Origin: Alphaproteobacteria bacterium | GTDB lineage: Bacteria; Pseudomonadota; Alphaproteobacteria; MPNO01; UBA830 | NCBI GenBank assembly: GCA_965243135.1 | Contig: OZ251539.1 | Span: forward strand, 5,216,001 to 5,280,000 | Length of the DNA stretch: 64,000 nt | Direction: 5' to 3' | Shown: in pieces, positions 20,158 to 30,921 of the stretch | Position numbering within the stretch: position 1 is the stretch's first letter | How the letters are laid out: each line of letters opens with the position of its first letter | Notes under the pieces: generated by a model | The model's database searches: none | What the model saw: only the letters and a program-made list of their open reading frames with translations | What the model was told of the DNA's origin: nothing | Translations under genes and position numbers: made by a program

Positions 20158-21158
20158 GAGTCCGGGGCCGCCTGTACGGTTCCGGGTCTTCGGAACGAAT
20201 CGAGGCGGTTTTGTCTCGCGAGGGAGACCGGTTTTTCCTGGTCGATTCGCAGGGAGAAACCGAAGTCGCGGTCGCCGGGGCCGGCGACCGCCTGCCCGGC
20301 GTTCCGCAATCGATAGAGCTGCGGGACGGGAGGCGCTTCGTTCCCTTCGCGCAACTGCCTTCGGGCTTCGCCGACGGCGTCGAATCCCGCGCGGCGAAGC
20401 GGATCGCCCGGCTGGAGCGGTTTTCGCCGGTCAAGGCGGTCGCCCTCGTCATCCTGCTCGTCCTTGGCGTTCTCGGATTGCGCGCCGCCGTTCCGTTCGC
20501 GGCCGATTTCGCCGTCGTCCTGATTCCCGAACATCTGGAAGCGGAAGTGGGAAGACAGGCGTTCGACAGAGCGGACGATCTGCTGTTTCGTCCGAGCGCC
20601 GTTCCGCCGGACCGGCGGAGGCGCATCGTCGACGCCGCGCGCACTCTCGCCCGGCGCAACGGCATCGACCCGATTCCGGAGATCCGTTTTCGCGGCGCGC
20701 CGGCGCTCGGCGCCAATGCGTTCGCGTTTCCGGGCGGTCCGGTGGCGGTTACCGACGAACTGGCCGATCTTCTCGGCGACGACGAATTGCTGGCCGTGAT
20801 CGCGCACGAGTTCGCCCACGTCGAAGAACGCCACGGACTGCGGCAGACCCTGCGGGTCGGCGGCCTGATTCTCGCCGTCTCGATGATCGCCGCCGGAGAC
20901 GCTTCGCTGATCGAGGAGGCGGCGGCGCTCGCCGTCTCCGCGGCGCGGTTCGGGTATTCCCGCCGGTTCGAACGCGACGCGGACGCGTCGGCCGCGCGAT
21001 TTCTGGAAACCGCGGGCCGTCGTCCCGACGATCTGGCGCGGGCTCTGGAGGCGCTGCAAAGGGCGTGCGGACGCGATTGCGAAGGGGACGGGGGCTGGTT
21101 CTCGACTCATCCCGCGATCGCGAGCCGCATCGACGCGCTGCGGGCGAAGGGGCGGTAG
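20154..21158 (+). CDS. M48 family metallopeptidase
   Basis: NAFAFPGG, HEFAH, YSRRFERDAD and STHP motifs; GTGA overlap with YjgN, its usual partner. Confidence 0.88.
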   Translation: MRVRGRLYGSGSSERIEAVLSREGDRFFLVDSQGETEVAVAGAGDRLPGVPQSIELRDGRRFVPFAQLPSGFADGVESRAAKRIARLERFSPVKAVALVILLVLGVLGLRAAVPFAADFAVVLIPEHLEAEVGRQAFDRADDLLFRPSAVPPDRRRRIVDAARTLARRNGIDPIPEIRFRGAPALGANAFAFPGGPVAVTDELADLLGDDELLAVIAHEFAHVEERHGLRQTLRVGGLILAVSMIAAGDASLIEEAAALAVSAARFGYSRRFERDADASAARFLETAGRRPDDLARALEALQRACGRDCEGDGGWFSTHPAIASRIDALRAKGR

Positions 21159-21163
21159 GCCGC

Positions 21164-21988
21164 CTACGCGCCGCGGCGCGCTTCCGCTCGGGCGAGCGTC
21201 CAGGCGCTGGCGAAGATGACCGACGCTCCCGCGACGGTCCAGGTGTCCGTGCTCTCCCCGAACAGAAACCATGCGGCCGCGGCCACGAGCGGCAGCCGCA
21301 GGTAGTCGAACGGAACGACGGCGCCCATGTCGGCCGCGGCGTAGGCGCGGGCGACGAACCACACCCCCGCGGTGCCGGCGACGCCGACGCCGACCAGGAG
21401 CGCGAGGTCGGCCGGGCCCGGCGCCACCCAGAAGAACGCGGCCGGGACCGCCGCCAGCGGACACATGATCAGGTTCACCCAGGCGGTCGCCGCCATCGGC
21501 GTATCCGTCGCCATGAGCTTTTTGATGCAGGCGTTCGATCCGGCGTAGGCGACGGAGCCCGCCAAGACGGCGGCCGCGCCGAAGCCAACCGCCTCGAAGC
21601 CCGGCCGCGCGATGATCAGCACCCCGACGAACCCGCCGAGCGTCGCCGCGAGGCGCAGGCCGCCGAATCGCTCGCCCAGCAGCGCGGCGGCGAGAACGAC
21701 GATGAAGATCGGTTGGGTGAAGCTCAACGCCACCACGTCGGCCAGAGGGATTTCGCCGATGCCGACGAACAGTCCCAGCATCCCGAAGAAAGCGAGGATC
21801 GCGCGCGCGAGGTGCAGGCCGGGCCGCCGGGTTCGGAGTCCCGAGATTCCGGTTCGCCGGAGCAGGGGCGCCAGCAGCGCCAGCCCGACGAGGGTGCGAA
21901 CGAACAGGATCTGGAAGGCGGCGTAGTCGGCGGAAAGCGTGCGCACGAAGACCATCATCGCGCTCCAGGACGCCACCGCGGCCAGCAT
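21164..21988 (-). CDS. DMT/EamA transporter (start may lie slightly upstream)
   Basis: About ten hydrophobic segments; LLGER, IIARPG and PFDY motifs. Confidence 0.85.
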   Translation of the reverse strand: MLAAVASWSAMMVFVRTLSADYAAFQILFVRTLVGLALLAPLLRRTGISGLRTRRPGLHLARAILAFFGMLGLFVGIGEIPLADVVALSFTQPIFIVVLAAALLGERFGGLRLAATLGGFVGVLIIARPGFEAVGFGAAAVLAGSVAYAGSNACIKKLMATDTPMAATAWVNLIMCPLAAVPAAFFWVAPGPADLALLVGVGVAGTAGVWFVARAYAAADMGAVVPFDYLRLPLVAAAAWFLFGESTDTWTVAGASVIFASAWTLARAEARRGA

Positions 21989-22078
21989 GAAGCCGATGCC
22001 GCGGAGGACGTGCCGCGGGGTGGCGCGCCCGTTCCGCCCGCCGGGGTCTCCGCCTTTTCCGGGTTGCGTCGCTTCGCC

Positions 22079-22705
22079 TCAGTGCAGTCCGATATCGATG
22101 ACGCTCTTCCGGAACGCGGGGCGCTCGCAGAGGGCGTCGTACCAGCGCTTGAGGTTCGGATAGTCCTCGCGCTCGATGTCGAGGTTGAACCAGCGATGCG
22201 TGAAGGGCGCGGCGGGGATGTCTCCGGCCCCGAAAGCGTCGCCCGACAGGAAGGCGTGGTCCGCGAGCCAGGATTCGAGCACGGCGTTCGCCTTGGCCCA
22301 CTGGATGCGGGACTCCGCGATGCGGGCATGGTCGCGTTTCGCCTCGGGCGTGCGGATCAGGCCCTGGTAGACCGGAACGTGCCGGCCCGCGAGCGTGGAT
22401 ATGGCCCAGTCCATCCATCTTCCGGCGCTGGCGCGGAGCCGGAGGTCCTCGGGCCAGTAGGGCGTGCCGGCCGCATGCTTTTCGGCCAGATAGCGGACGA
22501 TCGAGTTCGATTCCCAGAGGACGAAGCCGTCGTCGTCGATGGTCGGCACGACGCCGTTGGGATTGAGCGCAAGGTATTCAGGCTTGTCGTTGCCGCCGAA
22601 CGGTCCGCCGACGTCCGCGCGCTCGAACGGCACCGCCAGTTCGTTGCACAGCCAGACGACCTTCTGCACGTTGGAGGACGTGGCGCGTCCCAGAATTTTC
22701 AGCAT
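22079..22705 (-). CDS. Glutathione S-transferase
   Basis: SSNVQKV, NPNGVVPT and LWESNSIVRYL motifs. Confidence 0.92.
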   Translation of the reverse strand: MLKILGRATSSNVQKVVWLCNELAVPFERADVGGPFGGNDKPEYLALNPNGVVPTIDDDGFVLWESNSIVRYLAEKHAAGTPYWPEDLRLRASAGRWMDWAISTLAGRHVPVYQGLIRTPEAKRDHARIAESRIQWAKANAVLESWLADHAFLSGDAFGAGDIPAAPFTHRWFNLDIEREDYPNLKRWYDALCERPAFRKSVIDIGLH

Positions 22706-22757
22706 CGCGGTGTCTCCCGTCAGTTTCGCGCGTCGATAGCGCGGATTCGCGCGCCGC

Positions 22758-23954
22758 TCAATCGAGCTGGAGGAACAGGCACTTCAGATAAGCGCTTTCC
22801 GGCAGGTGCGGATGGACCGGGTGATCGGGCCCCGCGCCGCCGGCGTGCAGGATTCGGCCCGCGCGTCCGGCGTCGCGAAGGCCCCGCCGGACCTGTTCGC
22901 CGAAGAGGGCGGCGTCCACGTGATGCGAGCAGGACGCGATGCAGAGGACGCCGTCCGGCGCGACCACCGAAGCGGCGAGCCGGGCCAGCTTCCGGTAGCC
23001 GCGCGCGCCGGGCTTCAGATCCTTCCTGGCCTTGACGAAGGCCGGAGGGTCGGCGGCGACGACGTCGAATCGCTCTCCGGCGAGGCTCGCCAGAGCGGAG
23101 AACGCCTCCGCCTTCTCGAAGCGGCATCGATCCGCCAGCCCGGCGGTCTCGGCGGCGCGGGCGGCGAGGTCGAGCGCCGGCGCGGAACGGTCGATGCAGA
23201 GGACGTCGGACGCGCCCGCGGCGGCGGCCTGAATGCCGAAGCCGCCGAGGTAGCAATAGAGATCGAGCATCCGGAGATTGCCGGCCAGGCGGGCGGCGCG
23301 GGCGCGGTTCTCCCGGTGGTCGAAGAACCAGCCGGTTTTCTGGCCGCCGGCCGGGTCCGCCAGGAAAGCGACGCCGTTTTCGACGATTTCCGCGGCCGCC
23401 GGCGCGTCGCCGAGGATTTCCGCGGCCGCCTCGTCGAGTCCTTCGAGGGCGCGGCCGCCGCCGTCGCGCCGCAGCACGATGCCCGCCGGCGCGAGAACCG
23501 ATCGAAGCGCGCCGACGATCTCGCCGGCCAGGCGATCCATGCCTGCCGCGTTGAGCTGCGCGACGCAGAGGTCGCCGTAGCGGTCGACGATCAGGCCCGG
23601 GAGGCCGTCCGCTTCCGCATGGATCAGGCGATAGAACGGGCGGTCGTACAGGCGGTCGCGCAACGCGCGCGCGCGTTCCATTCGCGCCGCGATCCACGCG
23701 ACGTCGATCGCTTCGCCGACCGTTCGCGTCAGCACGCGCGCGCTGACGAGCGGCCTGGGGTTGAACAGGGCGGTGCCGACGGCTCCTCCGCCCGCGTCCT
23801 CGAGCGTGATCACCGAACCGGGCGGAAGCGCTTTCGCCGCGGAGGTCATCTGGATTTCGTTGGAATACGCCCACGGATGCCCGCCGCGAACGCGCCTTCC
23901 GCGTCCGGGCAGGATTCTGACGACGGGCCGCGCGCCCTCGGAGATCGCGTTCAT
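22758..23954 (-). CDS. rlmI: RlmI-like class I SAM-dependent rRNA methyltransferase
   Basis: GHPWAYSNE (PUA), EADGLPGLIVDRY, GQKTGWFFDHR, DPPAF and YLK motifs. Confidence 0.85.
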   Translation of the reverse strand: MNAISEGARPVVRILPGRGRRVRGGHPWAYSNEIQMTSAAKALPPGSVITLEDAGGGAVGTALFNPRPLVSARVLTRTVGEAIDVAWIAARMERARALRDRLYDRPFYRLIHAEADGLPGLIVDRYGDLCVAQLNAAGMDRLAGEIVGALRSVLAPAGIVLRRDGGGRALEGLDEAAAEILGDAPAAAEIVENGVAFLADPAGGQKTGWFFDHRENRARAARLAGNLRMLDLYCYLGGFGIQAAAAGASDVLCIDRSAPALDLAARAAETAGLADRCRFEKAEAFSALASLAGERFDVVAADPPAFVKARKDLKPGARGYRKLARLAASVVAPDGVLCIASCSHHVDAALFGEQVRRGLRDAGRAGRILHAGGAGPDHPVHPHLPESAYLKCLFLQLD

Positions 23955-24019
23955 GGCGCGGAGTCTAACGCTTCGGCGGCGGGATTTCCCGTCCCGGCGG
24001 CGCGCGTCCGGAAATTCCG

Positions 24020-24871
24020 TCAGGGCGGCCCGCGGTTTTCGCGGACGGTGCTGTAGTAGCCGGCCGCGAAAATGATCAGGGCGCCGAGGCCGGTCCAGAG
24101 GTCGAGGGTTTCCGAGAAGAGAAGCCATCCCAGGGCGACCGAGAACGGCAACCGCATGAAGTCGAACGCGATGACGAAGGTCGCGTCGGCTTCGGCCAGC
24201 GAGCGGGTGATGCAGTAATGAGTCGCGTAACCGGTGACGCCGAGGCCGACGATCGCCGGCAGGTCGGCGGCCTCCGGCGTTCGCCAGGCGGCGAACGCCG
24301 GCAGCGCCGAGTAAAGAAGTATGGTGACGCTCATGTAGAACACCACCGTGCTTCCCGATTCCGTGTCCGAGAGGCGTTTCGTCGCGACATGCGCGCAGGA
24401 GTACAGAAACGCGGCGAGCAGAACGAGCAGCGTGCCGGCGTTCAGGGGAATGAGGCCCGGCCGGATGATGGCGACGGCGCCCGCGAAGCCGGCGGCGACG
24501 GCGACGGCGCGATGGCCCCCGAACCGTTCGCCCAGGAAGGCGGCGGCGATCATGGCGGTGAAGAGCGGCGACGTGAACTGAAGGGCGGCCACGTCGGCCA
24601 GCGACACCATGGTCACGCCGTAGAACCAGGCGACGTTGCCGCCGTAGAGGAACGCGTTCCGGAGCGCGTGCGCGCCGAGCCGTTTCGTGCGGAACACGGC
24701 CGCGCCCTGGCGCATCAGCGAAGGCGCCATCAGGATCAGGTTGATCGCGTTGCGCAGGAATATCAGCAGCAGCACCGAGTAAAGGGGCAGGTACCGGATG
24801 CAGACCGCCATCGCCGTCAGCGCGGCGGCGGCGGCGATCATCCAGAACGCGCCTTTCGCGGCCGCGGTCAT
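24020..24871 (-). CDS. DMT/EamA transporter
   Basis: Hydrophobic ORF from MTAAAKG; LQFTSP, FLGER and IIRPG motifs. Confidence 0.85.
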   Translation of the reverse strand: MTAAAKGAFWMIAAAAALTAMAVCIRYLPLYSVLLLIFLRNAINLILMAPSLMRQGAAVFRTKRLGAHALRNAFLYGGNVAWFYGVTMVSLADVAALQFTSPLFTAMIAAAFLGERFGGHRAVAVAAGFAGAVAIIRPGLIPLNAGTLLVLLAAFLYSCAHVATKRLSDTESGSTVVFYMSVTILLYSALPAFAAWRTPEAADLPAIVGLGVTGYATHYCITRSLAEADATFVIAFDFMRLPFSVALGWLLFSETLDLWTGLGALIIFAAGYYSTVRENRGPP

Positions 24872-24985
24872 CGCGGAAATACGCGCCGGGCCGCCCGACG
24901 CCGGGGGCGGCGCAGGAAATCCTTTCGCACCCGCAAAAAAAAGAGTAGAACGGACGTCGCAGGCACGGCTCGCGGAGGGCGTTTC

Positions 24986-25834
24986 ATGGGCTCCCCAAGC
25001 AGGATCAAGCGCATTACAGCGCCGGAACTGGCGGCGCGCAAGGGCGGCGATCCCGTCGTCGTTCTGACCGCCTACACCGCTCCGGCGGCACGGATACTCG
25101 ACGAGCACGTCGACTGCCTGCTCGTCGGCGATTCGCTCGGCATGGTGCTGTACGGGCTGGAAAACACGCTGGCGGTCACGCTGGAAATGATGATCGCGCA
25201 CGGCGCCGCGGTGGCGCGCGGCGGGCGGCGCGCTTGCGTCGTCGTCGACATGCCGTTCGGGTCGTACCAGGAATCGCCCGAACTGGCGTATCGCAACGCC
25301 GCCCGGATCATGCGGGAAACCGGTTGCGACGGCGTCAAGCTGGAAGCGGGCGCGACGCTGGCGTCGACGGTCTCGTTTCTTGTGCAGCGCGGCATACCGG
25401 TCATGGGACATGTCGGGCTGATGCCGCAGTCGGTCAACTCGTACGGCGGTTTCCGCGTTCAGGGAAAGAGCGGCGAGGCCGCCCGCCAGGTCATCGACGA
25501 CGCCCGCGCCGTGGCCGACGCGGGCGCGTTCGCGATCGTCGTCGAGGGCGTCATGGAGCCCGTCGCGCGCGAGATCACGGCCTGCGTTCCGGCGCCCACG
25601 ATCGGGATCGGCGCTTCGGCGGCCTGCGACGGGCAGGTGCTGGTGACCGAGGACCTCGCGGGGCTTTTCGGCGAGTTCACGCCCCGGTTCGTCAAGCGAT
25701 ACGCCGAACTCGGAGCCGAACTCGGCCGGGCCGCCGCCGCCTACGCCGACGACGTCCGGGCGCGGCGCTTTCCCGGTCCAGAGCATTGTTTCGGCGCGAC
25801 CGCCGGTGCGGAGGTGCGCCGGCTCACGTCCTGA
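24986..25834 (+). CDS. panB: 3-methyl-2-oxobutanoate hydroxymethyltransferase
   Basis: [23 protein letters not shown] and CDGQVLV motifs; GGAGG SD. Confidence 0.95.
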   Translation: MGSPSRIKRITAPELAARKGGDPVVVLTAYTAPAARILDEHVDCLLVGDSLGMVLYGLENTLAVTLEMMIAHGAAVARGGRRACVVVDMPFGSYQESPELAYRNAARIMRETGCDGVKLEAGATLASTVSFLVQRGIPVMGHVGLMPQSVNSYGGFRVQGKSGEAARQVIDDARAVADAGAFAIVVEGVMEPVAREITACVPAPTIGIGASAACDGQVLVTEDLAGLFGEFTPRFVKRYAELGAELGRAAAAYADDVRARRFPGPEHCFGATAGAEVRRLTS

Positions 25835-26702
25835 CGGCCCGGTGCCGCCGGTCGTCCGCACCGCGGCGAGTCTCGCGGACGCTCTCGGAGGAGCCGACGG
25901 CGGCGTCGGACTGGTTCCCACCATGGGCGCGCTGCACGACGGTCATCTGGCGCTGGTGCGCAGGGCGCGCCGGGAATGCGGCGTCGTGGTCGCGAGCCTG
26001 TTCGTCAACCCCACCCAGTTCGGCGCGGGCGAGGATTTCGAGCGGTATCCGCGGGACGAGGAACGCGACCTGCGGCTGTTCGGGGAGAACGGCGTCGACG
26101 TCGTCTATGCACCGACGGCGGAGGAAATGTATCCCGAGGGGCCGGCGGTTTCGGTCAAGGCCTCCGAACTCGCGCAGGGGTTGTGCGGCGCGGTTCGACC
26201 CGGGCATTTCGACGGGGTCGCGACCGTGGTCGCGCGCCTGTTCGCGCATTGCGCGCCGGACCGGGCTTATTTCGGGGAGAAGGACTACCAGCAACTGAAG
26301 GTGATCGAGCGGCTGGCGTCCGACCTCGATCTCGGCGTCGGCATCGTCGGCGTGCCCACGGTGCGCGAGGCGGACGGCCTCGCGCTGTCGTCGCGCAACG
26401 CCTACCTCGATCCCGACCGCCGCCGCGTCGCGCCGGCGTTGCACGCCGCCCTGCGCGCGGCCGCGGCACGCCTCGGCCCGGACTCCGAGCCGGCCGCGCT
26501 TTGCCGTCAGGGAGAGCGGGCGTTGCTCGACGCGGGCTTCGACCGGGTGGACTATTTCGAGATCCGGGATTCCCAGACCCTTGCGCCGGCGGGCCGCTGG
26601 CGACGCGGGTTGCGCGTCTTCGCGGCGGCCCGGCTGGGAGCGACGCGCCTGATAGACAACGTGCCGGCGGACCGCCCGGCCGAAAGCGCCGCCTCAGGAT
26701 AA
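25806..26702 (+). CDS. panC: Pantoate-beta-alanine ligase (start uncertain)
   Basis: [36 protein letters not shown] and RLIDN motifs. Confidence 0.95.
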   Translation: MRRCAGSRPDGPVPPVVRTAASLADALGGADGGVGLVPTMGALHDGHLALVRRARRECGVVVASLFVNPTQFGAGEDFERYPRDEERDLRLFGENGVDVVYAPTAEEMYPEGPAVSVKASELAQGLCGAVRPGHFDGVATVVARLFAHCAPDRAYFGEKDYQQLKVIERLASDLDLGVGIVGVPTVREADGLALSSRNAYLDPDRRRVAPALHAALRAAAARLGPDSEPAALCRQGERALLDAGFDRVDYFEIRDSQTLAPAGRWRRGLRVFAAARLGATRLIDNVPADRPAESAASG

Positions 26703-26873
26703 ACCGGCCGGAGCGGAGGGACTTCGGCGGCCGGCCGCCCGCAGGAAGCGGCGCGCCACCCGTCTTCCGCCGGAAAGGCGAGGCGTCCCGGACGCCCGCC
26801 GTTTGCCGCCGCGCGGCCAAGATTCGTTCCCAGGTCTGGTGTAGGATGCGGCTCGGTCGAACGGGAGGCGCGC

Positions 26874-27551
26874 ATGTTCTACGAAACCGCCAAAAACGAT
26901 CACGGACTGCCCTACAATCCTTACAAGTCGATCGTCGTGCCTCGCCCGATCGGCTGGATCACTACGCTGGACGAAAACGGCGTCGTGAATCTCGCTCCTT
27001 ACAGCCAGTTCAACAATCTTGGCTACGATCCGCCCTACGTGATGTTCTCGTCGGGACCGCGCTTCGAGGACGGCGGTCCCAAGGACAGCGCGAGAAACGC
27101 GCTCTTGACGGGCGAGTTCGTCTGCAACATGGCAACCTGGGAACTGCGCCACGCGGTGGCCCGGACGGCGCGGATGGTCGCGCCGGACGTGGACGAAGCG
27201 GAAATGGCCGGGCTCGAGATGGCGCCGTCCCGGCTCGTCGCGCCGCCGCGGGTCGCGGCGTCGCCCGTGCATCTGGAGTGCCGCTATCATGCGACGCTCA
27301 CCCTGCCGGGCAATTCGAAGGCCAACCTGGTCTACGTCGTGGTCGGCGAGGTGCTGGGCGTGCACATCGCCGACGAGGTCGTCACCGACGAGGGAAAGAT
27401 CGACATACTGAAATGCAGGCCGATCGCCCGGATGGGATATTTCGACTACACGTCGGTCGAGTCGGCGTTCGAGATCGCGCCGGACGGTCCGCACGTGGAG
27501 CAGTTCAGGCGCGGGCTGGAAGGGCGGGCGCGCGGCAAGGCCGGGGCGTGA
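26874..27551 (+). CDS. Flavin reductase-like family protein
   Basis: VVPRPIGWIT, NLAPYS and KDSARN motifs; GGAGG SD. Confidence 0.88.
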   Translation: MFYETAKNDHGLPYNPYKSIVVPRPIGWITTLDENGVVNLAPYSQFNNLGYDPPYVMFSSGPRFEDGGPKDSARNALLTGEFVCNMATWELRHAVARTARMVAPDVDEAEMAGLEMAPSRLVAPPRVAASPVHLECRYHATLTLPGNSKANLVYVVVGEVLGVHIADEVVTDEGKIDILKCRPIARMGYFDYTSVESAFEIAPDGPHVEQFRRGLEGRARGKAGA

Positions 27552-27595
27552 CCCGCGGAAACCGTCCTCAGACTGGTTCCCAAGGCACGGAAGTC

Positions 27596-27830
27596 GTGAG
27601 CGTTCGGTCGTGGAGCGACGGTCTATTCGTTGGGAATCCGCTTCCGGTCCCGTCGCGGGGGCTTCAGCATCCTTGACCGGGAGAGCGCGTTCGTTCCGCA
27701 GGTCGAACTTGCCGCGGCCCCGTGTCACGCTCACCTTGCTGACGGCCCGGTAGCAGCTTCCCTCGAGCCGAGGAGACTCGTAGAAGGTCTTGAGCAAGAC
27801 GGGCCGCAACCCGGTTTCCGGTTGCGGCGG
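27596..27830 (-). pseudogene. DUF4338 3' fragment with IS66-type end
   Basis: LRPVLLKTFYESPRLEGSCYRA...GRGKFD..ERALPVKD matches the 34969-35847 protein; end sequence GTGAGCGTTCGGTCG at 27596. Confidence 0.8.
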
Positions 27831-28039
27831 CGAACTTCCGGTACGGCGTCCCGGTTGCGCGGACGGCGTTCGCGAAGTCGCCGGGAAACGCACTCCGTGC
27901 GCTCTCGCGCGAAATGGATGCGAACGACGGCACCGGGATCCGCACAACGGACTTCAACGCCGCGGCTTCCGTTCGGACGCCGCATGGTTGCAGACGCTTC
28001 CAAACGTGAAAGACGAGCATGCGCGCATCGGCGCCGAAG

Positions 28040-28330
28040 ACGGCGAGGCCGTCGAAGAAGCGGAGGAGGGTGCCAAGCTGCGGCTCAAGGCCTGGGACCG
28101 GGGGCGCAGCGGCAATCTGGGCCGGGAAGGGCCGGACGGATACCCGGCGTCCCTGATCGACCGAACGCACAAGCTGATGCAGCTCCGGCGCGCGGGCGAG
28201 CAGGCGAAAGTCGACGACTACATAGAGGCCCGCGGACTCAAGCGCGATGCCCTGTTCCACCGGATCCTGCAGGTTCTGCTGGCCGACGCCCGTTTCGACG
28301 AACGCGCCGAATCCCCGAGCAACCACCTCG
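28040..28330 (+). pseudogene. C-terminal remnant of a probable DUF1156-type DNA methyltransferase
   Basis: LKAWDR...LIDRTHKLMQL..AG...VDDYI...GL....LF...LQ resembles C-termini I recall for DUF1156 proteins; no N-terminus present. Confidence 0.45.
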
Positions 28331-28420
28331 CCGCGCCCCGCGGCCATCGCCGTGTCTTGCCAAACGGACCCGCCCGCCTATGATGATGGCAATGAAGACG
28401 TTTCATTGGAGGCGCGCGCC

Positions 28421-28651
28421 ATGGCGCAGTTGACGGTGCGAAAGGTGAGCGATGAGGTGGTCGGCGCGCTCAAGCGCAGGGCCGCCGCGCACGGACGGTC
28501 CGCCGAGGCCGAACACAGGAACATTCTGCGCGCGTCGCTTTTCGGGGCGGAGGAGGATTTCGCCGCGCGCGCCGAAGCGCTGCGGCGGCGGCTGCGCTCT
28601 TCCATCGACAGCGCGGAAACGATCCGGGCCGACCGGGACGGCTTGGCGTGA
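28421..28651 (+). CDS. FitA-like ribbon-helix-helix antitoxin
   Basis: MAQLTVRKVSDEVVGALKRRAAAHGRSAEAEHRNIL; GGAGG SD. Confidence 0.88.
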   Translation: MAQLTVRKVSDEVVGALKRRAAAHGRSAEAEHRNILRASLFGAEEDFAARAEALRRRLRSSIDSAETIRADRDGLA

Positions 28652-29088
28652 CGGGCCATGTGGTCGATGCCAGCGTCGTTGTGAAATGGCTGGTGACGGA
28701 GAAATTCTCCGACGAGGCGGCCCGTCTTCTGACGGGCGGGTCGACGCCCGCGGCGCCCGAACTCGTCTTCGCCGAGGCTGCCAACGCGCTGTGGGCGCTG
28801 CGGCGTCGGGGCGATATCTCCGGTGACGACATGGCGGCGGCGGTGGATGCGCTGAAGGCGGCACCGCTCGCGGTCCCCTTCTCCATGCCCCAGCTCACGG
28901 CCGCCGCCGCAGGGCTCGCCGCGGACATCGACCACCCGGTGTACGACTGCCTCGCCTTGGCGATTCAGACGGGGTATCCGGTGGTGACCGCCGACGCGCG
29001 GTTCCACGACAAGGTGCGCGCCCATCCCTATCTATCGGATCGTATCCTGCACGTGGCGCACGCCGCGCCGGATGGCCCGGTAGGTTGA
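28648..29088 (+). CDS. vapC: VapC/PIN-domain toxin
   Basis: VVDASVVVKW, E.ANAL, VYD and VTAD motifs; GTGA overlap with the antitoxin. Confidence 0.88.
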   Translation: MTGHVVDASVVVKWLVTEKFSDEAARLLTGGSTPAAPELVFAEAANALWALRRRGDISGDDMAAAVDALKAAPLAVPFSMPQLTAAAAGLAADIDHPVYDCLALAIQTGYPVVTADARFHDKVRAHPYLSDRILHVAHAAPDGPVG

Positions 29089-29098
29089 GGGGAGACCG

Positions 29099-29232
29099 TT
29101 GATTACCTCGATTCCCCTCGTGAACTTCAAGAACTTTGCCGACGAGACGCTGCGCCTCGGGCCGTTCACCGTGACCGTCGGCGCGGACGCTAGCGGCAAA
29201 AGCAACATCAAGGCGAATTCATTCTTCACCAT
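29099..29232 (+). pseudogene. N-terminal remnant of an ABC/SMC-type (AAA_21-like) ATPase
   Basis: GGAG SD, then ITSIPLVNFKNFADETLRLGPFTVTVGADASGKSNI (Walker A); truncated shortly before the IS end at 29269. Confidence 0.65.
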
Positions 29233-29268
29233 AACCCGATGATAATGAAAGGGAAAGGCCGTTCAAGA

Positions 29269-30921
29269 GTAAGCGTTCGCTCGTAAAGTGACGGTCTATT
29301 TTTTTTGAGGATCCGCCTCCAGTCTCGCCGCAGAGGCTTCAGCATCCTTGACCGGGAGAGCGCGTTTGCGCCGGGTGCTGCCGCGGCCTTGGGTCGCGCC
29401 GACCTTGCTTGCGTCCCGGTAGCAGGTTCCTGCAAAGCGCGGCGTTTCGCAGAAGGTCTCAAGCAGGACCGGAGCGTAGCGGGACTCCCAGTTGTTGGGC
29501 AGCCGCCATTCGACCAGGGTGAGGAGATGGGAGGTTCCTGGCCAAGGCAGGGATCTGGCGTTGTTGACCATCAGCGGCAGGTTGCGGCGGCGGGTTTCGG
29601 GTTCCACGCACTTGTCCCGCGGCGCGATCTTCCAGGCTGCGGCACCGAGGACGGCGAAGGCTTCGCCTTCGGCGGCCCGGACGAAGTAGCGCCCGCGGGC
29701 AGCGTCGAGTGGCCGAGGTAGCGAGCGACGAACTCGTTCCAGAGGCGGCCTTCGTTCGCGTTCCGGCAGGGAACGACGGGTTGGATGTCGGCGAGACGTT
29801 CGGAGGTCGGGGGTTGGTCGGTTGCAGGGCCGGGCACGACGGCGGACGGTCGGCGTTTGCCTTGGCGGCGGCAGGACGGCCGTGCATGCGCAGCATGGCG
29901 ACGCGCGCGCTCATGTCCTTGAGTCCGCCGTTGCGCCAGTCGAGAAGTCGGCAGACCTCCCGCGACAGCGCCCGGCGGGTGAGGCCGCCCCTCAAGGCGC
30001 GGGCAAGCTCGTCCTCGGAGAAGTCGCGCCCGCAATAGCGGTCGGGGCCACCGTTCACGGTCCTTGGGTGAGAGCGGCCTTTCAGGAACGAAGGCGCTCT
30101 TCGTCGGCGCCCCACGGCAGCCAAGCGGCCGGACCGCGCGGGCCGCCATGCCGGGCACAGGCGGCAGGCGGACAGCCAAGGGTAAGGCGAGATGCCGCTC
30201 AGCGTACCGAAGATGGACATGCTGGCCAGCCGCGCTCCGTCCACGCTGTGCGGCCCGAACGAGAGCTTGCGGCCGACGCCGCGCAGACCGCTTTCGGCGA
30301 CGTTGTTGTCCATGGGAACGGCCGCGTTGCCCACGAACACGATCAGACCGTCGCAGTGACGCGCCAGGGAATCCAGGGGGCCGCGTTGCGCCGCGCTCTC
30401 CGGGAGCGCGTCCCGCGCCTTGTTCGCCGCCGCGAAGAACGCTTCGACGAACCTTGCGAGCTGTCGTTGTCGCGCGCCAGTTTCCGATAGGCGGAGTAAC
30501 GGTCGCAGACCAAGTAAGCCGCCTGTTCGGGCGAGCCGAGGCCCCCGAACAGTTCGCGGGCGGCTTCCGCGCTGCGCGACTGCGACGGTGCGCGTCGCGT
30601 CGTGGGACCGGGCGACCCAACGACGGGCGCTGCCGCTGTCTTTCTCGCCCTGTTCCCGTCCACCCCGTTTCGTCGCCGTCGACGACCGGAGCTTCCCGCA
30701 GACGCCGGGAGATCTCTTCGTCGAGCCGCCAGCGGCGGCAGGCCTCGCCGCGCATCCGCCAGCGTGCCGGGCGCGAGCCCATGCTGGCGCAACGCGCGGC
30801 AGCGCAACGGACGATGCTGCCCGAACCTTTCCGCCGTACCCGGTCAAGGAAGTCAGGCTGAACCCGGGACCGAAGGCGGCTCCTCAAAAAATAGATCGTC
30901 ACTTGACGAGCGAACGCTTAC
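29269..30921. mobile_element. Decayed IS66/DUF4338 element bounded by ~40-bp inverted right ends
   Basis: GTAAGCGTTCGCTCGTAAAGTGACGGTCTATTTTT at 29269 and its near-perfect reverse complement ending at 30921; contains frameshifted DUF4338 (29296-30058, -) and IS66 transposase remnants (DGDETGW, LVCDRYSAYRKL, PMDNNVAE; about 30060-30800, -). Confidence 0.8.
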
